A stretch of 64,000 bases of DNA. Origin: Octopus vulgaris. Taxonomy: Eukaryota. The notes under the pieces are model-generated. The model was not told the DNA's origin and did not search any database. It saw only the letters and a program-made list of their open reading frames with translations. The first letter of the stretch is position 1, and every line of letters starts with the position of its first letter. Positions 1 to 12,869 of this stretch are shown in pieces. A program made the position numbers and the translations under genes. The DNA lies in assembly GCA_951406725.2 (NCBI GenBank), contig OX597825.1, positions 75,020,001-75,084,000 on the forward strand, written 5' to 3'.

Positions 1-109
1 ATTCTCTGGAGCAGGAGTGAAGAACAGCTCTTTCGAGAGGTTACACTTTCCGCTTATGATGTGAGCAAGAATGAGATCACCACGGTGTTGTCATTTTCCC
101 CTTACGGTT

Positions 110-425
110 GCAGGCTTGACTATGTAATTAAGAAGTTTGCTTTGCAACCATGTGGTTTTGGGTTCAGTCCCACTGCATGGCATCTTTGGTAAGTTTCTTC
201 TATTATAGCCCCTGACTGACCAATGTCTTGTGAGTGAATGCGGTAAATGGAAACTGTATGAAAGCCCATTGTATGTGTGTGTGTGTGTGCATGCATGTGT
301 AATATATAGCTTTACATGGAAACAGGTAAGGGTTGGTGACAAGGGCATCAGGCTGTAGAAAATCTGCCTCAGTAAACCCCATACAATCTATGCAAACAGA
401 GAAAAGTGGACGTGAAGAAAACGGT
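110..425 (+). mobile_element. Degenerate SINE: family A head/body with a family C-like tail
   Basis: gggttcagtcccactgcatggcatctttggtaag matches the family A head. After the (TG)n tract come aagggcatcaggctgtagaa and aaaagtggacgt, which match the family C 3' end. Confidence 0.65.
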
Positions 426-653
426 GAATGATAATTGGTCTATTTGAGGTCAATTTTCCTCATTCATTTATTCTACTTAGACAAAGTCATAACACTCTGC
501 AGGGAAGGAATCACAATGGGTTGAAATTTTGGGGGAAGAAGGGCCAGAGTCAGAGCAAGGTGTAGATTGAATAAATACCTTATGCAGCTGTCTTTTCCAA
601 AGGAACAAATTTTAGTTTTGGTATATTTACTTAGTTACCTTTTTTCTTTCAGC

Positions 654-1037
654 CTTTTACTTGTTTCAGTTATTGGACTGTGGACATGCTGAGGTACTGC
701 CTGGAAGAGTTTAGTTGAACAAATTGACCCCACACCATTTTCTTTGTAAAGCCTGGCACTTATTCTATAGGTCTCTTTTTGCCAAACCACTAAGTTACAG
801 AGATGTAAACAAAGTCACACTGATTATTAAGCGTTGTAGGGGACAAACACAAAGGCGCACAATATTTAGCTGCTACAAGCTTCTTTTAGTTTCTGTCTAT
901 CAAATCCACTCACAAGGCCTTGTTCAGCCTGGGGCTATAGCTGAAGACATTTGCATAAGGTGCCATACAGTGGGGCTGAACTCAAAGCCATGTGGTTGGG
1001 AGCCAAGCTTCTTACTACACAGCCAAGCCTGTGCCTA
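654..1037 (-). mobile_element. Family A tRNA-derived SINE (diverged)
   Basis: Runs from cttttacttgtttcagt (tail) to ctacacagccaagcctgtgcc (head); collinear with the copy at 12441. Confidence 0.8.
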
Positions 1038-1802
1038 GCTGTTGAGGAATTTACAAATTTCTTGATGTGTGATAGATTTGTGAAATACAGTTGGCATTGA
1101 TTATACTTATTTATATGATACTATCAGAATCTAGGCAGGCCACATCTGCTGCAAACATTTGTCACCCAAGTTTGCAAATATAATTGAGAAAGAGTTGAAC
1201 ATCACACAAACACTTCATTTTTCCAACATTTCAATACAAAAGTTATTCAAGACTGCATTTTTAATATCAAAAAATAAAAGTTATTGTATTGAGTTAATAT
1301 GTGTATCTTGACCATGTGGAATTTATTTGTAAAAACAAACGCTGTCTAATTTTGTAGAATTAAACATTATGCAATATTAGCAAGCTATTAGTATTAAATT
1401 ACTGTTTGAGTGTATATAAGAAATTAGCAGACACGACAGTATTGCCTGTCTACATATAATATAAATGAATACAAATTTCCAGATGTGATTGTAGATGATC
1501 AAGTTTCAATGTATCATTGTAAAAAGACACTCTTGCATGCAAGGTAACAAGAAATTGCATATGTATCTCAGCACTTGTTCAGTTAATTTACTGATAATAG
1601 TATACTTTATAATGTTTTTCTTTCCATTGGAGCATCACTAAATAACATGAAAGGATAAGAGATTCTCTCTACATAGATTGACCTGTTAGAAATAAAAGCC
1701 AAATCTCCTTTAAGTTACACTATCCCAGCATTCTTAAAAAAAAAAGTGGCTTTTTTCTGTCTAAAGCACATAACCTAGCTGTTAGGGTATTGCACTCGTA
1801 TT

Positions 1803-2042
1803 CATCATCATCATCATCCTTCAACATTCATTTTCCATGCTGGCATGGGTTGGACAGTTTGGTCAAAGCTGGCAAGTAGGAGAGCTGCCCCAGGTTTCTG
1901 CCTGATTTGACTTGGTTTCTGCTGTTAGATACCCTTTCTAATGCCAACCACTTTACAGAGTGTGCTGGGTGCTTTTTATGTGGCACTGGTTTGGGTGCTG
2001 TTATGTGGCGCCAGCACAGGTGCTATTATGTGGAACCACCAC
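1803..2042 (-). mobile_element. Family C (GAT-tailed) SINE or LINE-3'-derived element
   Basis: (CAT)n followed by ttttccatgctggcatgggttggacag...aatgccaaccactttacagagtg and ~25-bp sub-repeats. Confidence 0.75.
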
Positions 2043-2070
2043 CTTAAAAATTCACTCTGAAACTGCCTAT

Positions 2071-2250
2071 GGGCATAGCATAGTGGATAAAGGTGCTAGT
2101 AAATGCAGTGTAGTCACATAGACGTTCTGAGTTCAATCTCAGGTAAAGCACTGTGGTGACTCACAAGATACCTGAAGAAGGCTGGAGCTGAAACGTAGTG
2201 AAAGCAACAACCAAGGTGAGGACACTGCTCTGATTAATGCGAATTATAGT
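2071..2250 (+). mobile_element. tRNA-like head followed by a degenerate minimal hammerhead motif (Penelope-type end)
   Basis: A-box-like tagcatagtgg near 2076 and B-box-like gagttcaatc near 2130; CTGAAGA at 2172-2178 and GAAACGTA at 2190-2197. Confidence 0.45.
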
Positions 2251-3357
2251 GAAGCTTTTGTTTATGAGACAACTTTTAAGGATCTTAGTAATGGAATTGA
2301 TAAAATATATAGTTATAGCAGACTGAAATAAGTATTAGGGGTTTATATGATCTAAAAGTGGTGGGGAAAGAAAAACCCTTGAAAGAAGTCCTCCATCTTG
2401 GCTACAGTCCAATGACAGAAACTAGTAAATGAAGGAAAAAGAAAACCTGTCCATGTGATAGTGTTCCTCACAATTATCCATTTACCTAATTGCACTCAGA
2501 AGATTTTGGTAGATTTGAGCTGAGGTTATGGTTTGAGAACACTTTTCTGAAGTTCTGTGCAGTATGATCAAACTTGTGTTCTCATGATTTTGGAAGAAAC
2601 TTGTGAACCATTCAGCTATGCTTAAACAAACATACTTGCACACATAACTTTTTCCACAACATCTCCATTATATAAAATTGTTTTTCAATATACAGACAAG
2701 GACAGTAAATTCTTAAAACAAGAACAGCATTTATATATTTTAGGTTCTTATCTTAAATTGAAGTTTACTGAGTGCACTTCATGCTTGTGTATGGTTGCAT
2801 GCATGCATTTATAGGTTGTATGTAGTTATATATATATACTAATATAGATACAAATGTTCATACATTATGTATGTATATGCTACATATGTACATAAACATT
2901 AATTTTTCAGTTTTCATATGAAACCAGAATTTCGAGATTATTTATTTATTTATTTATGTTGTTTGTTTCTTAGAGTGGAAATATAAATTCATTTTTGTCT
3001 GTTCTGTATGAGAGAAAGCTCTAAGTGGAGGTCATTTAGGCTTGGCAGAGAGATTTTTTAATGCATTTGACAGTTGGCATTAACATACATTGATTACTTA
3101 TCTGAAATCATGAATGTGAAAAGGAAATTTTATATCTAAACGCACTAAATATCTCTAATACACACACACACATCCTTTACTTGTTTCAGCCATGCTGGGG
3201 CATCACCTTGAAGCATTTTAGTTGAACAAATTGACCTCAGTACTGTATATACTTGGCTATAAGTCACACTGTTTACTCTGAAATTTTCACCTAAAGTTGC
3301 AGGTGCGACTTATAAGCTCACTCTATAAAAAAATCTTTAGATATTTTCTAGATACAA

Positions 3358-3393
<36 letters not shown>

Positions 3394-6124
3394 CATACAT
3401 ACACACACACACAGCAGTTTTCCACTAGTTTCTGTGAATTAGAAGTATTTTCACTCACCATTTTTTTTTTCATAATTATTTTCACAAACTAATAGTTTTA
3501 ATAAAATAATTGATAATTCATTATAAAGTCCAATATCCAGATATCATTTGTTTTCCTATAATTATGTTTTATTACAATATTTGGGTCATAAAATATGTGT
3601 GTAAGTTGATGACCTGCTAAGCCTTGCAGCTCTGTCACTTGGTAAGCATGGCAACATCTGTAGGTGGAAACCCCTTATCAAAATCAGTGCAAAATTTGAA
3701 GCTTCACAAACTGAAATATTGAAATCAGCAATGTGTATGTGTGATGGAATGTGGACATCCCCTTCCTTTCCTTTTCCCTCTTCACACTCCTCTTCCTTTC
3801 TTCCTTTCTCTTTTGGTCTCCTCTTCCTCCTTCCTTCTCTTCATTATCAGTATCATTTCATTTCTAATTTTCATGCAGGTATATAAATAAGTTGGGTGGA
3901 CTGTTGCAATCCAGATCAGGTTTTGGATTGTTACTGCTTTCCTAGATAAGCTAGAGGGCCAAATCTAGCTCATTCGTTTTGGCTTGGTTTATACAACTGG
4001 ATACCCTTCCTGATACTAACAATGTTACAGAGTATACTGGGTACATTTTATTGTAGTATCAGTATAAGAGGGGCTGTTATGTCCTTGACAAGACTAAAGA
4101 GTCTGTACTACCTAATATTGTCTCCATTCACCAGTCCTCTCATCCTCCCACAGAGAGTACTAGATGTATCCTATTGTGAGAAGATTAGAAATTACCTTGA
4201 CTCCTACAAGACTAAGTGATCTTATCTGTTATTGCCATTATTTCCAGGCAGATATAACTGAGAGAGAAAGAGTTGATCAAGAGAGTGAAAGTAAGGGTGT
4301 AAGTATGACAGGGGGAAAACAGTGATAGAAGTGAGAGGATGGTTGGGGAGGGAGTAATGGAAGAGACACAGTGGTCATCACATATAATATTAGAACATGT
4401 ATAAATATATTGGCATAAAACAAGATGCATGTCAATGTGAGATATTCTGTTTCTTAACAAGATCAAAAGAAATTGCATTTTGTGACAACCATGCCCAGCT
4501 TACTACTTTCTGCACTTGATGCATCATAGCAAAGCCTCTATTTTCAAGTGCCTGAGTCAAAATGACTCAAGACAATTGAAGTTTAAGAAATGTAAATGAA
4601 TAATTACTACCATGATGATGTAACAAAAGTGAGTCAGAAATACTGTTTTTGTTTTGTGTTTTTTGATTGTATGTACTTTTATTTTTTTAATTAAAGTTAC
4701 CTAGTTATCTATGACACAGAAATTACGACAAATAGAACATGATGATAATAATAATAATTTCTACTATTGATACAAGGCCTGAAATTTTCAGGGAGGGGTC
4801 TTGTCAATTACATTGACCCTCATATTTGATCAAGGCTAATTGGCCAGAACCATTGATGTGACAAATGTAGTTTGCCTTCTATGTAAACTACAATAATAAG
4901 GAACTTTGCTAAAAGCACTGAAGGGCAAAGTAGTGGTGTTAAACTGAGACAGATTAAGTTTATCATGGCTTTTCTTTATCAAAGATGATCTGGGCCTGAA
5001 CAACAGTCAAAATCGTCAAATATGTTAAACTTTTTCCTTTAATCTTCTATGCAAGTTTTAGAGATCTTGATTCTTAACATTCAAAGTGTTTCTTGTTCAT
5101 TCATATTACATGCTTAAGCCACTGCAGCCAGTTGAGCAGAAAGCCTTATGCTTATCTATAAGTTTAAGGCAGAAATGTCTTTCTTGGCCAATTATCTTCT
5201 GTTGCTTCAGGGCAAGGGCTTGGGTTTAAGAGGAAGCAAGAATAGCGCTCAGCTGTGGAACATTAATTCTTCAATAAAACCATGAATAAAATAGAAAACA
5301 ATTTCTGTGAAAATGGTGATCCATAGTTTGTTATGGAAAATACATTGTAAATGAAAAACGAGTTTTCCATTCATTCATTCACTCGGTTAATTTAATAATG
5401 CTGAAGATGAATCAATGAGAATATTTATTCTGAAAGATATTGCCATTATCTTCTTGGCAGTTAATTAAATAAAATCCTATAGTTGTGCATCTGTTTCCAA
5501 GGAACATGCTTTTTTTTGCATCGCCAGTTTTCAACAGGCAATTTTGATTCTAACGAATCTCCTCTGAAAAATTTAATTTCTGTCTCTCTCATGCATACAC
5601 AGGTATTTAGATATGTGTTACATAAATGTCAATATATATATATATATAGCATTGTTGTAGTTGCCTTGCAGTTTGCAAAGTGAAAGGAAGCCCTCATCCT
5701 TCCTGATGATGGATAGATCAGGCTTATTGTGACAAGTTGGAGAAACATAACAAAGGGACAGTGTTGGGGTAGACAAAAGAAAAGAAAAAGAAAGGGGAAG
5801 AGTAATGTCAGGAATTAGTATGATGGAGAGGGTAATGGGGAAAAATGATAATGGGGTGGGTAATCCATCTGCCATACCCTGCTGGTATGGCTGATCATCA
5901 GGGTCCAAGACAGTTCTTTTTGGAGTTACACAGGTATATTTTTGATGGGGGAAGATGAACAGTGTGGAGGAAGAAAAGTGGAAATTAATGTGGGGATTAA
6001 TGAGAGAGAAAGTTAGTGATGGGATAATGGTGATGGTTGAATAGGAAGGGATGCAGTGCTAACCCACATTACACATTAATGACTAAAGTGGGGCATGGAT
6101 TATAAAGATCCAACTGTTAATTTA

Positions 6125-6752
<628 letters not shown>

Positions 6753-7519
6753 GTATCATTTTATTCAATTAGCTTATATATATATGTAGTGTACCAGGCT
6801 TAAATAAATAAGAAGTGGGGTTGATTCATCCAACTAAAAATTCTTCAAGGCTGCAGCATGGTCCCAGCCTGGCCCCAGCACAGCCGCAGTCTAATGACAG
6901 AAACAAGTAAAAGGTATATAAAGATATCCACATCCATACTAACATGTGCACACACACACACACACACACACACACGAAAATGTGTATGGCCACATATACC
7001 CTCAGAATCAAAATTATTCTAGAATTTGATCTTCTTGCATAACGTAAATGTTTCTCCATGTGGTGTGAAAAAGAAAATGCAGATAAAACATTCAAACACA
7101 GTAAAAAAAAAAATAAAGAAAAAGAGTGGAAATGTAAAAATCTTCAAACTCTTAAGAAAACACATCTGAAGAACATGATTAAAACAGCTGACATGTTTAC
7201 CTTCGTTAATTGTGACCAATAGCAAGTGTCCTGCTTGCTTTCTTTAATTCTCATCAAAGAATTTAATTTTAAATGCCTGCCTCACCTTACTATATTCGTC
7301 TGGATTGTATAGATTTAAAAATATAACGTTAATTATATGTATTTTTAGAACAGGTTTTCTTTATTTTTAAATAGTTCTCACCTATTTAAACGGTTACTTA
7401 GTATCTACTTTTAAGCTAAATTCGTAAAGTAAATCATTTGGTGTGTGGTTGTATTATTAACAAACTCTGTTTTTATATAATCTTAAAGAGTTTTATGTAA
7501 GAAGTATAATGGTGTATCT

Positions 7520-7890
7520 TCTTTTATCTTTTACTTGTTTCAGTAACTGGACTGTGGCCATGCTGGGGCATTGCCTTGAAGGGTTTTAGTCAAATGAATC
7601 GACACCAGTACTTTTTTGTACTTATTTTCTTGGTCTCTTTTGATGAATTATTATGTTAATGGAGATATAAACAAACCAACACTAGTTGTCAAGCAGTAGT
7701 GGAGGACACACACACACACACACACACACATATGACGGGCTTCTTTCAGTTTCTATCTACCAAATCCACTCAGAAAATTTTGATTGGCCTGGGGCTAAAG
7801 TAGAAGACACTTGAGTAAGGTGCCATGTAGTGGGACTGAACTTGGAACCATGCTTTTGGAAAGCAAATTTTTCACCACACAGCCATGCCT
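7520..7890 (-). mobile_element. Family A SINE
   Basis: Tail cttttatcttttacttgtttcag, central (CA)n, head accacacagccatgcctg. Confidence 0.85.
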
Positions 7891-8420
7891 GATTGTGCAT
7901 TTCTTTTGTATTGTCTAATCAGGAGTAGTGTCCTTTTTCAGGGCTGTTGATATTACTGGGCGGGAGGAAGGTATCCTCAAACTAGAAGTCAGGCCTGAAT
8001 GCTCACAACAGTGACCAGGTGGTGGCACTGGCGTTAAACAAGGTGATAAATTAAATCTATCACCCAAGTAGGCCACAACTGGATTTGAACTCAGAATGCA
8101 AAACGCCAAAACAAATATAGTAAGATAGCCGGTCCAATGCTCTAATGATTCTACTGGTTCACCACTCTAAACTGGTACTGTTGCTTTCCAGGTGGATGTA
8201 GTAAATATTCAAGCATCATCAAGATAGTGATGGTGCTTGAATGTTTCCATCTGTTGAATAGATGTAACTTTGTAACATTCTAAACAAGTATTAGATATCT
8301 TGGTTCATAGGATTTAAAGAGCTTCTCATTTATTCATATTACAAGCTTAAGCCAGTGCAGTCAGTTGAGCAGAAAGTCTTGTTTGTCAATAGATTTAGAG
8401 TATCTTTCTTGCCATATTAA

Positions 8421-8551
8421 CTTTCCAAATCTTGCTGCATTTCACATGGAATTTTTGGTTCTCCAAAACTGTCTTGGTGTATAAATCTGCAAAACGTATT
8501 TGGCGTTAAATTTTGGCCTAAAAAAATTCAATTTTTATGCAGGGAAAATAC
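8421..8551. mobile_element. Tc2/pogo-like MITE fragment
   Basis: ctttccaaatcttgctgcatt...ggaaaatac, shared with the copies at 11840, 14190 and 25130. Confidence 0.55.
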
Positions 8552-8639
8552 TCTACTTTTAGTGACCATTAAAAGACAAAAGGCAAAGTTGACCTTGATG
8601 GGATTTGAACTCAGAATACAAGAAGCTACAATAAATACC

Positions 8640-8873
8640 TATTTCTTTATTACCCACAAGGGGCTAAACACAGAGGGGACAAACAAGCACAGACATAGGT
8701 ATTAAGTCGATTACATCGACCCCAGTGCGTAACTGGTACTTAATTTATCGACCCCGAAAGGATGAAAGGCAAAGTTGACCTCAGCGGAATTTGAACTCAC
8801 AACGTAACGGCAGCCGAAATACTGCTAAGCATTTCGCCCGACGTGCTAACGATTCTGCCAGCTCGCCACCTTT
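8640..8873 (-). mobile_element. Family B tRNA-derived SINE, young copy nested in an older family B copy
   Basis: Full head (reverse complement of ggtggcgagctggcagaatcgttagc). 14-bp TSD ctacaataaatacc at 8626-8639 and 8874-8887. Confidence 0.9.
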
Positions 8874-10799
8874 CTACAATAAATACCACAAGGCATTTTG
8901 TCTGATCTGGTAATGAATCTGGTCCATTAGATGAAAATGGTTGAGCACAAGTGACTTGAAAAAGTGATTAGCCATTAAAGGTAACATCAGGTACATGCCC
9001 AATCAAATGGTTGATGTGCTGAGTGAGTGAAAAATTGCTATGAATTTACAACAATCGAAGTAGTTCTGCATTTTGCAAACAATGGTGATAATGCAAGATT
9101 GAGACATGTCTCCATCTCACTTCATCATTTATTATACACTCACCAAACCAATGTGAATATAGATAAATTGGATGTTAAAATATGAATGAGGGTGTTGACT
9201 TTAGTACAGTGAACAATACTGAATGGAAAGCACTTTTAGATTTTTGGCTCTTCTCCTACTCCTCCTTCTCCTCTCTCCTCTTACTCCTTTCTCTCTTGTT
9301 TCTTTTCTTTTATTTCTTTCTTCCTATGCTTCTTCTGTTGTCTCTCTCTTAATTCTATTTCTGTTTCATTTCTCCTCCTACTCATTTTCTCTCTTATTTC
9401 ATCTCTCCTCCTACTTCTATTCTTTCTTACTAATTTAATTGGGGTTCTGCATTTAAGCTATTATTGGTGGTTCAGTCTACCATTGTTTGCTGGTTTAGTA
9501 GGGATCACGATTCATTATTTGCTTTTCATTATTGATCACTATTTCGGGATTCCTCAAAAAAAACAAAACAAAAAAAACAAACTCCCATTTGCTCCATTGA
9601 TTTCATTATTGGAGAACCAACAAGAATTATTGTTTGTCAATTCCGTAGGTACCACACTTGACCCATTACCAACAAATTCAGTAGAAAGCCTCAGTTTTTG
9701 TCTGTTGTCAAACAAAATCAATAGAGGGATCTATTGATGTGCTATCAAAAATTTATTTAGGATCAATATTCTATTGATTTAATAGGAACCATACATGTCT
9801 AGTTTGTAAAACAGTCATGGTTCAATTACAGTTGTTGTTTAGCCATATGACAATTCTGATCAAGAGGACCCGCTACTATAGACATTCCACCCATGACCAC
9901 CACTGCTTTTCCTATATCCAAGACTAAAGTTAGTCTATGCCAGTTTCACCAGTGTATCCAAGCTCTCTATCTTCCTAAATTCTGTATTATAACAACATGA
10001 AGATTTAATTCATTCTCTTTGTGAAAAGAGACTTATATAATGAGAGACCACAGTATTGTTACCTTTTATGTTGCACCTTTTATATAGCTATTTGCCATTG
10101 ACTGTTTTTCTTTCCTAGTATAAGAGAGAGAGAGAAGGTGAGAGATAATATTAATTTTAGTAAATATTTTTTTATTTTCTTCCATAGAATTTTTGTTTGT
10201 GTCAGTATTTTCACAGCTGGATGCATATTTTCACTTTTTGTTTAGGAAACCACCCAACTGTAAAGTGGGAGTAGCTCCTATTTTCAGCTTTTATCAACAG
10301 TTGAGAACAGAATGCTTTCAAAGACAGGAATGTTGGAAGTTATTGTATGCTGCCCAGCAAAAGGAAATGGGCTCCTTTTGTCCGTTTGGAAAATATGATA
10401 TTGATTTCTTGCATAGAAATAGGACAGGAATTTACAGAACTGTTAGTGCTGTTAGTCCCAAGTCTGCCCTGGTTAATCTATCATATTACCATAGACATTC
10501 CAGTCATGATCATCCATCCTTCTTTCAGAAATGGTATATCGAAGAATACATTAAGCAGTACATCATTTAAAAAAAAAAATGTTATAATTTGAGCAAAATT
10601 TGGTTGCTATTTCTAGCAGAGTGATTGATCATATAAATGCTCCTTTATTGGTTTGTTTTACGAGGTTGTAGAGTGAGCATGTGTGTCATTCATACTGTTC
10701 TCATGTGTAGCAGCATAAGTGAATTGAATTAGATCCAACAAAGAATTAAAGCTGACTAAAAGATACAGAAGTATCTTTTATCCTTTTGTCTGTTACTTA

Positions 10800-11188
10800 A
10801 TTGTTTCAGTCAGTGGACTGCACCCATGCTGGAGCGCCACCTAGAAGGGTTTAGTCTGATAGACTCCAGCGCTTTTTAAAGTTTAATACTTATTCTCTTG
10901 GGCTTTTTTGCTAGGCCACTAACTTATCGGGACATAAACAAACCAACAGTGGTTGTCAAGTGGTGGGGTGGAAAAGCACACACACATGCATACACACACA
11001 CACACGTTTCAACAATGTAACCACACACATACTGTTGGTGATATTTTCCCTCTCTGGAACTTTTCCATTTTATTTTTTGACGAGCTATGCTTGAAACATC
11101 AAGAACTCTCTCTTTCCAATGAGCGTCAAACTAATACATTCCATGTGCACATCCTTTTGTTATTTTTAATGTTTGATTATTTGATTTG

Positions 11189-11241
<53 letters not shown>

Positions 11242-11402
11242 GCTTCTTTCAGTTACCATCTATCAAATCCACACTCACCAGACTTTAGTCAGCTCTGGGC
11301 TATAGCGGAAAACACTTGCCCAAGTTGCCACACAGTGAGACTGAACCCAAAACCATGTTGTTGGGAAGCAAATTTCCTACCACACAGCCATACCTGCACC
11401 TA
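10800..11402 (-). mobile_element. Family A SINE interrupted in its central microsatellite by a ~165-bp insert (11031-11195)
   Basis: Tail half at 10800-11000 and head half at 11236-11402; the insert carries a TTGACGA...GAAACATC motif. Confidence 0.8.
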
Positions 11403-11839
11403 TAGCCATGCATGCACCTATTTTAGATATGAGGATTTGTTAAATAAAACCTAATTATTGAACAATTTTATTTTTGGTTTTCCTTCAATATTGTTTTGAA
11501 AATGTGTTGCAACATTTTATTTCTGCAAATTTTCAATATTTCTGTAAAAGACCAAAATAACATGTTTATATCAGGATCTTTGTTGCAGAATAACCCTCGA
11601 ATGATATATTTATCAAAGTGGTTGGCTTAGCTACTGTTGAATATAGTTATTCCAATATTGAGAGGTGGATAAGTTTAGGCAATTGTGTAGATCACATACT
11701 GGCGTACATTGTTTTAGTTAGTAGAAAATTCCAATCTTAAATTCATATTTAATCCAAACAAAGAATTTCCAAAGTTCCAAAGTTCATGTCTTTGAGAATA
11801 TTGAAGTGGATCTTACAGTTGACAGCATTTAATTATGAC

Positions 11840-12028
11840 ATTCCAGCATACATGTCAATGTAGTATGTAGTGTAAACATTCAAACATCATTGCTATCTTT
11901 CCAAATCTTGCTGCATTTTACTCAAAATTTTTGGTTCTCCAAAGTCATCTTGGTGTATAACTTGACCTACATTTTTTGGTTGTAAATTTGGGTCTGAAAA
12001 ATTTGATTTGTATGCCAGAAAATACGGT
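11840..12028. mobile_element. Tc2/pogo-like MITE
   Basis: Ends in tttgtatgccagaaaatacggt (reverse complement of a CCGTATTTT-type TIR); begins ttccagcataca. Confidence 0.6.
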
Positions 12029-12440
12029 GTGTTTAAAGAAACTTAATTTTTTCACTTAATTTTTTCACATACCTTCTAAGATACATTTTCAATTGTGGCT
12101 GTCACAGCTAATTTTCTTTTTCCAAGAACAGAGACTGTCTTACACCATAACCTTTGTCACACCTTAAAATTAAATGGCATGTAATACCAGTTTTAAAGTT
12201 GAGCACTCCCTATTAATAACAAAACTAGCACCTGGTCACTCTGAAAAGAAAGCTACTATAGCAAGGAAGTAATTGAATACCATTAAGATGGGTATGATAC
12301 ACCCACACACACATTTTACTGTTCCATTATTAAGTAGGATGAACAAAAAGGTACTTTATCCAGTGAGAGATAAATATAATTTGATATGCAGATATAATTT
12401 GATATGTAGAGCTACAATAATTTGGCAGATTTATATAACA

Positions 12441-12605
12441 GGCGTAGGAGTGGCTGTGTGGTAAGTAGCTTGTTTACCAACCACATGGTTCCGGGTTCAG
12501 TCCCACTGCATGGCACCTTGGGCAAGTGTCTTCTACTATAGCCTTGGGCCGACCAAAGCCTTGTGAGTGGATTTGGTAGACGGAAACTGAAAGAAGCCCG
12601 TCGTA

Positions 12606-12646
<41 letters not shown>

Positions 12647-12869
12647 GCGTGTGTGTGTTTGTGTGTCTGTGTTTGTCTCCCTAGCATTGCTTGACAACCA
12701 ATGCTGGTGTGTTTATGTCCCTGTTACTTAGCGGTTCAGCAAAAGAGACCGATAGAGTAAGTACTGGGCTTACAAAAGAATAAGTCCTGGAGTCGAGTTG
12801 CTCGATTAAAGGCGGTGCTCCAGCATGGCCGTAGTCAAATGACTGAAACAAGTAAAAGAGTAAAAGAGA
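12441..12869 (+). mobile_element. Family A tRNA-derived SINE, full length
   Basis: A box tggctgtgtgg, B box gggttcagtcc, CORE-like accttgggcaagt, central (TA)n(TG)n and a (gtaaaaga)n tail. Near-identical copies at 28192, 30741 and 56683. Confidence 0.92.

Noticed and set aside
715-1038. Recurrent short ORFs ending in SVSVYQIHSQG...CHxVGLNxxPCGW
   Set aside because: They are antisense translations of family A SINE copies, not a gene family.
10193-10570. 125-aa ORF
   Set aside because: No recognisable domain or splice support; its 3' part resembles degenerate repeat sequence.
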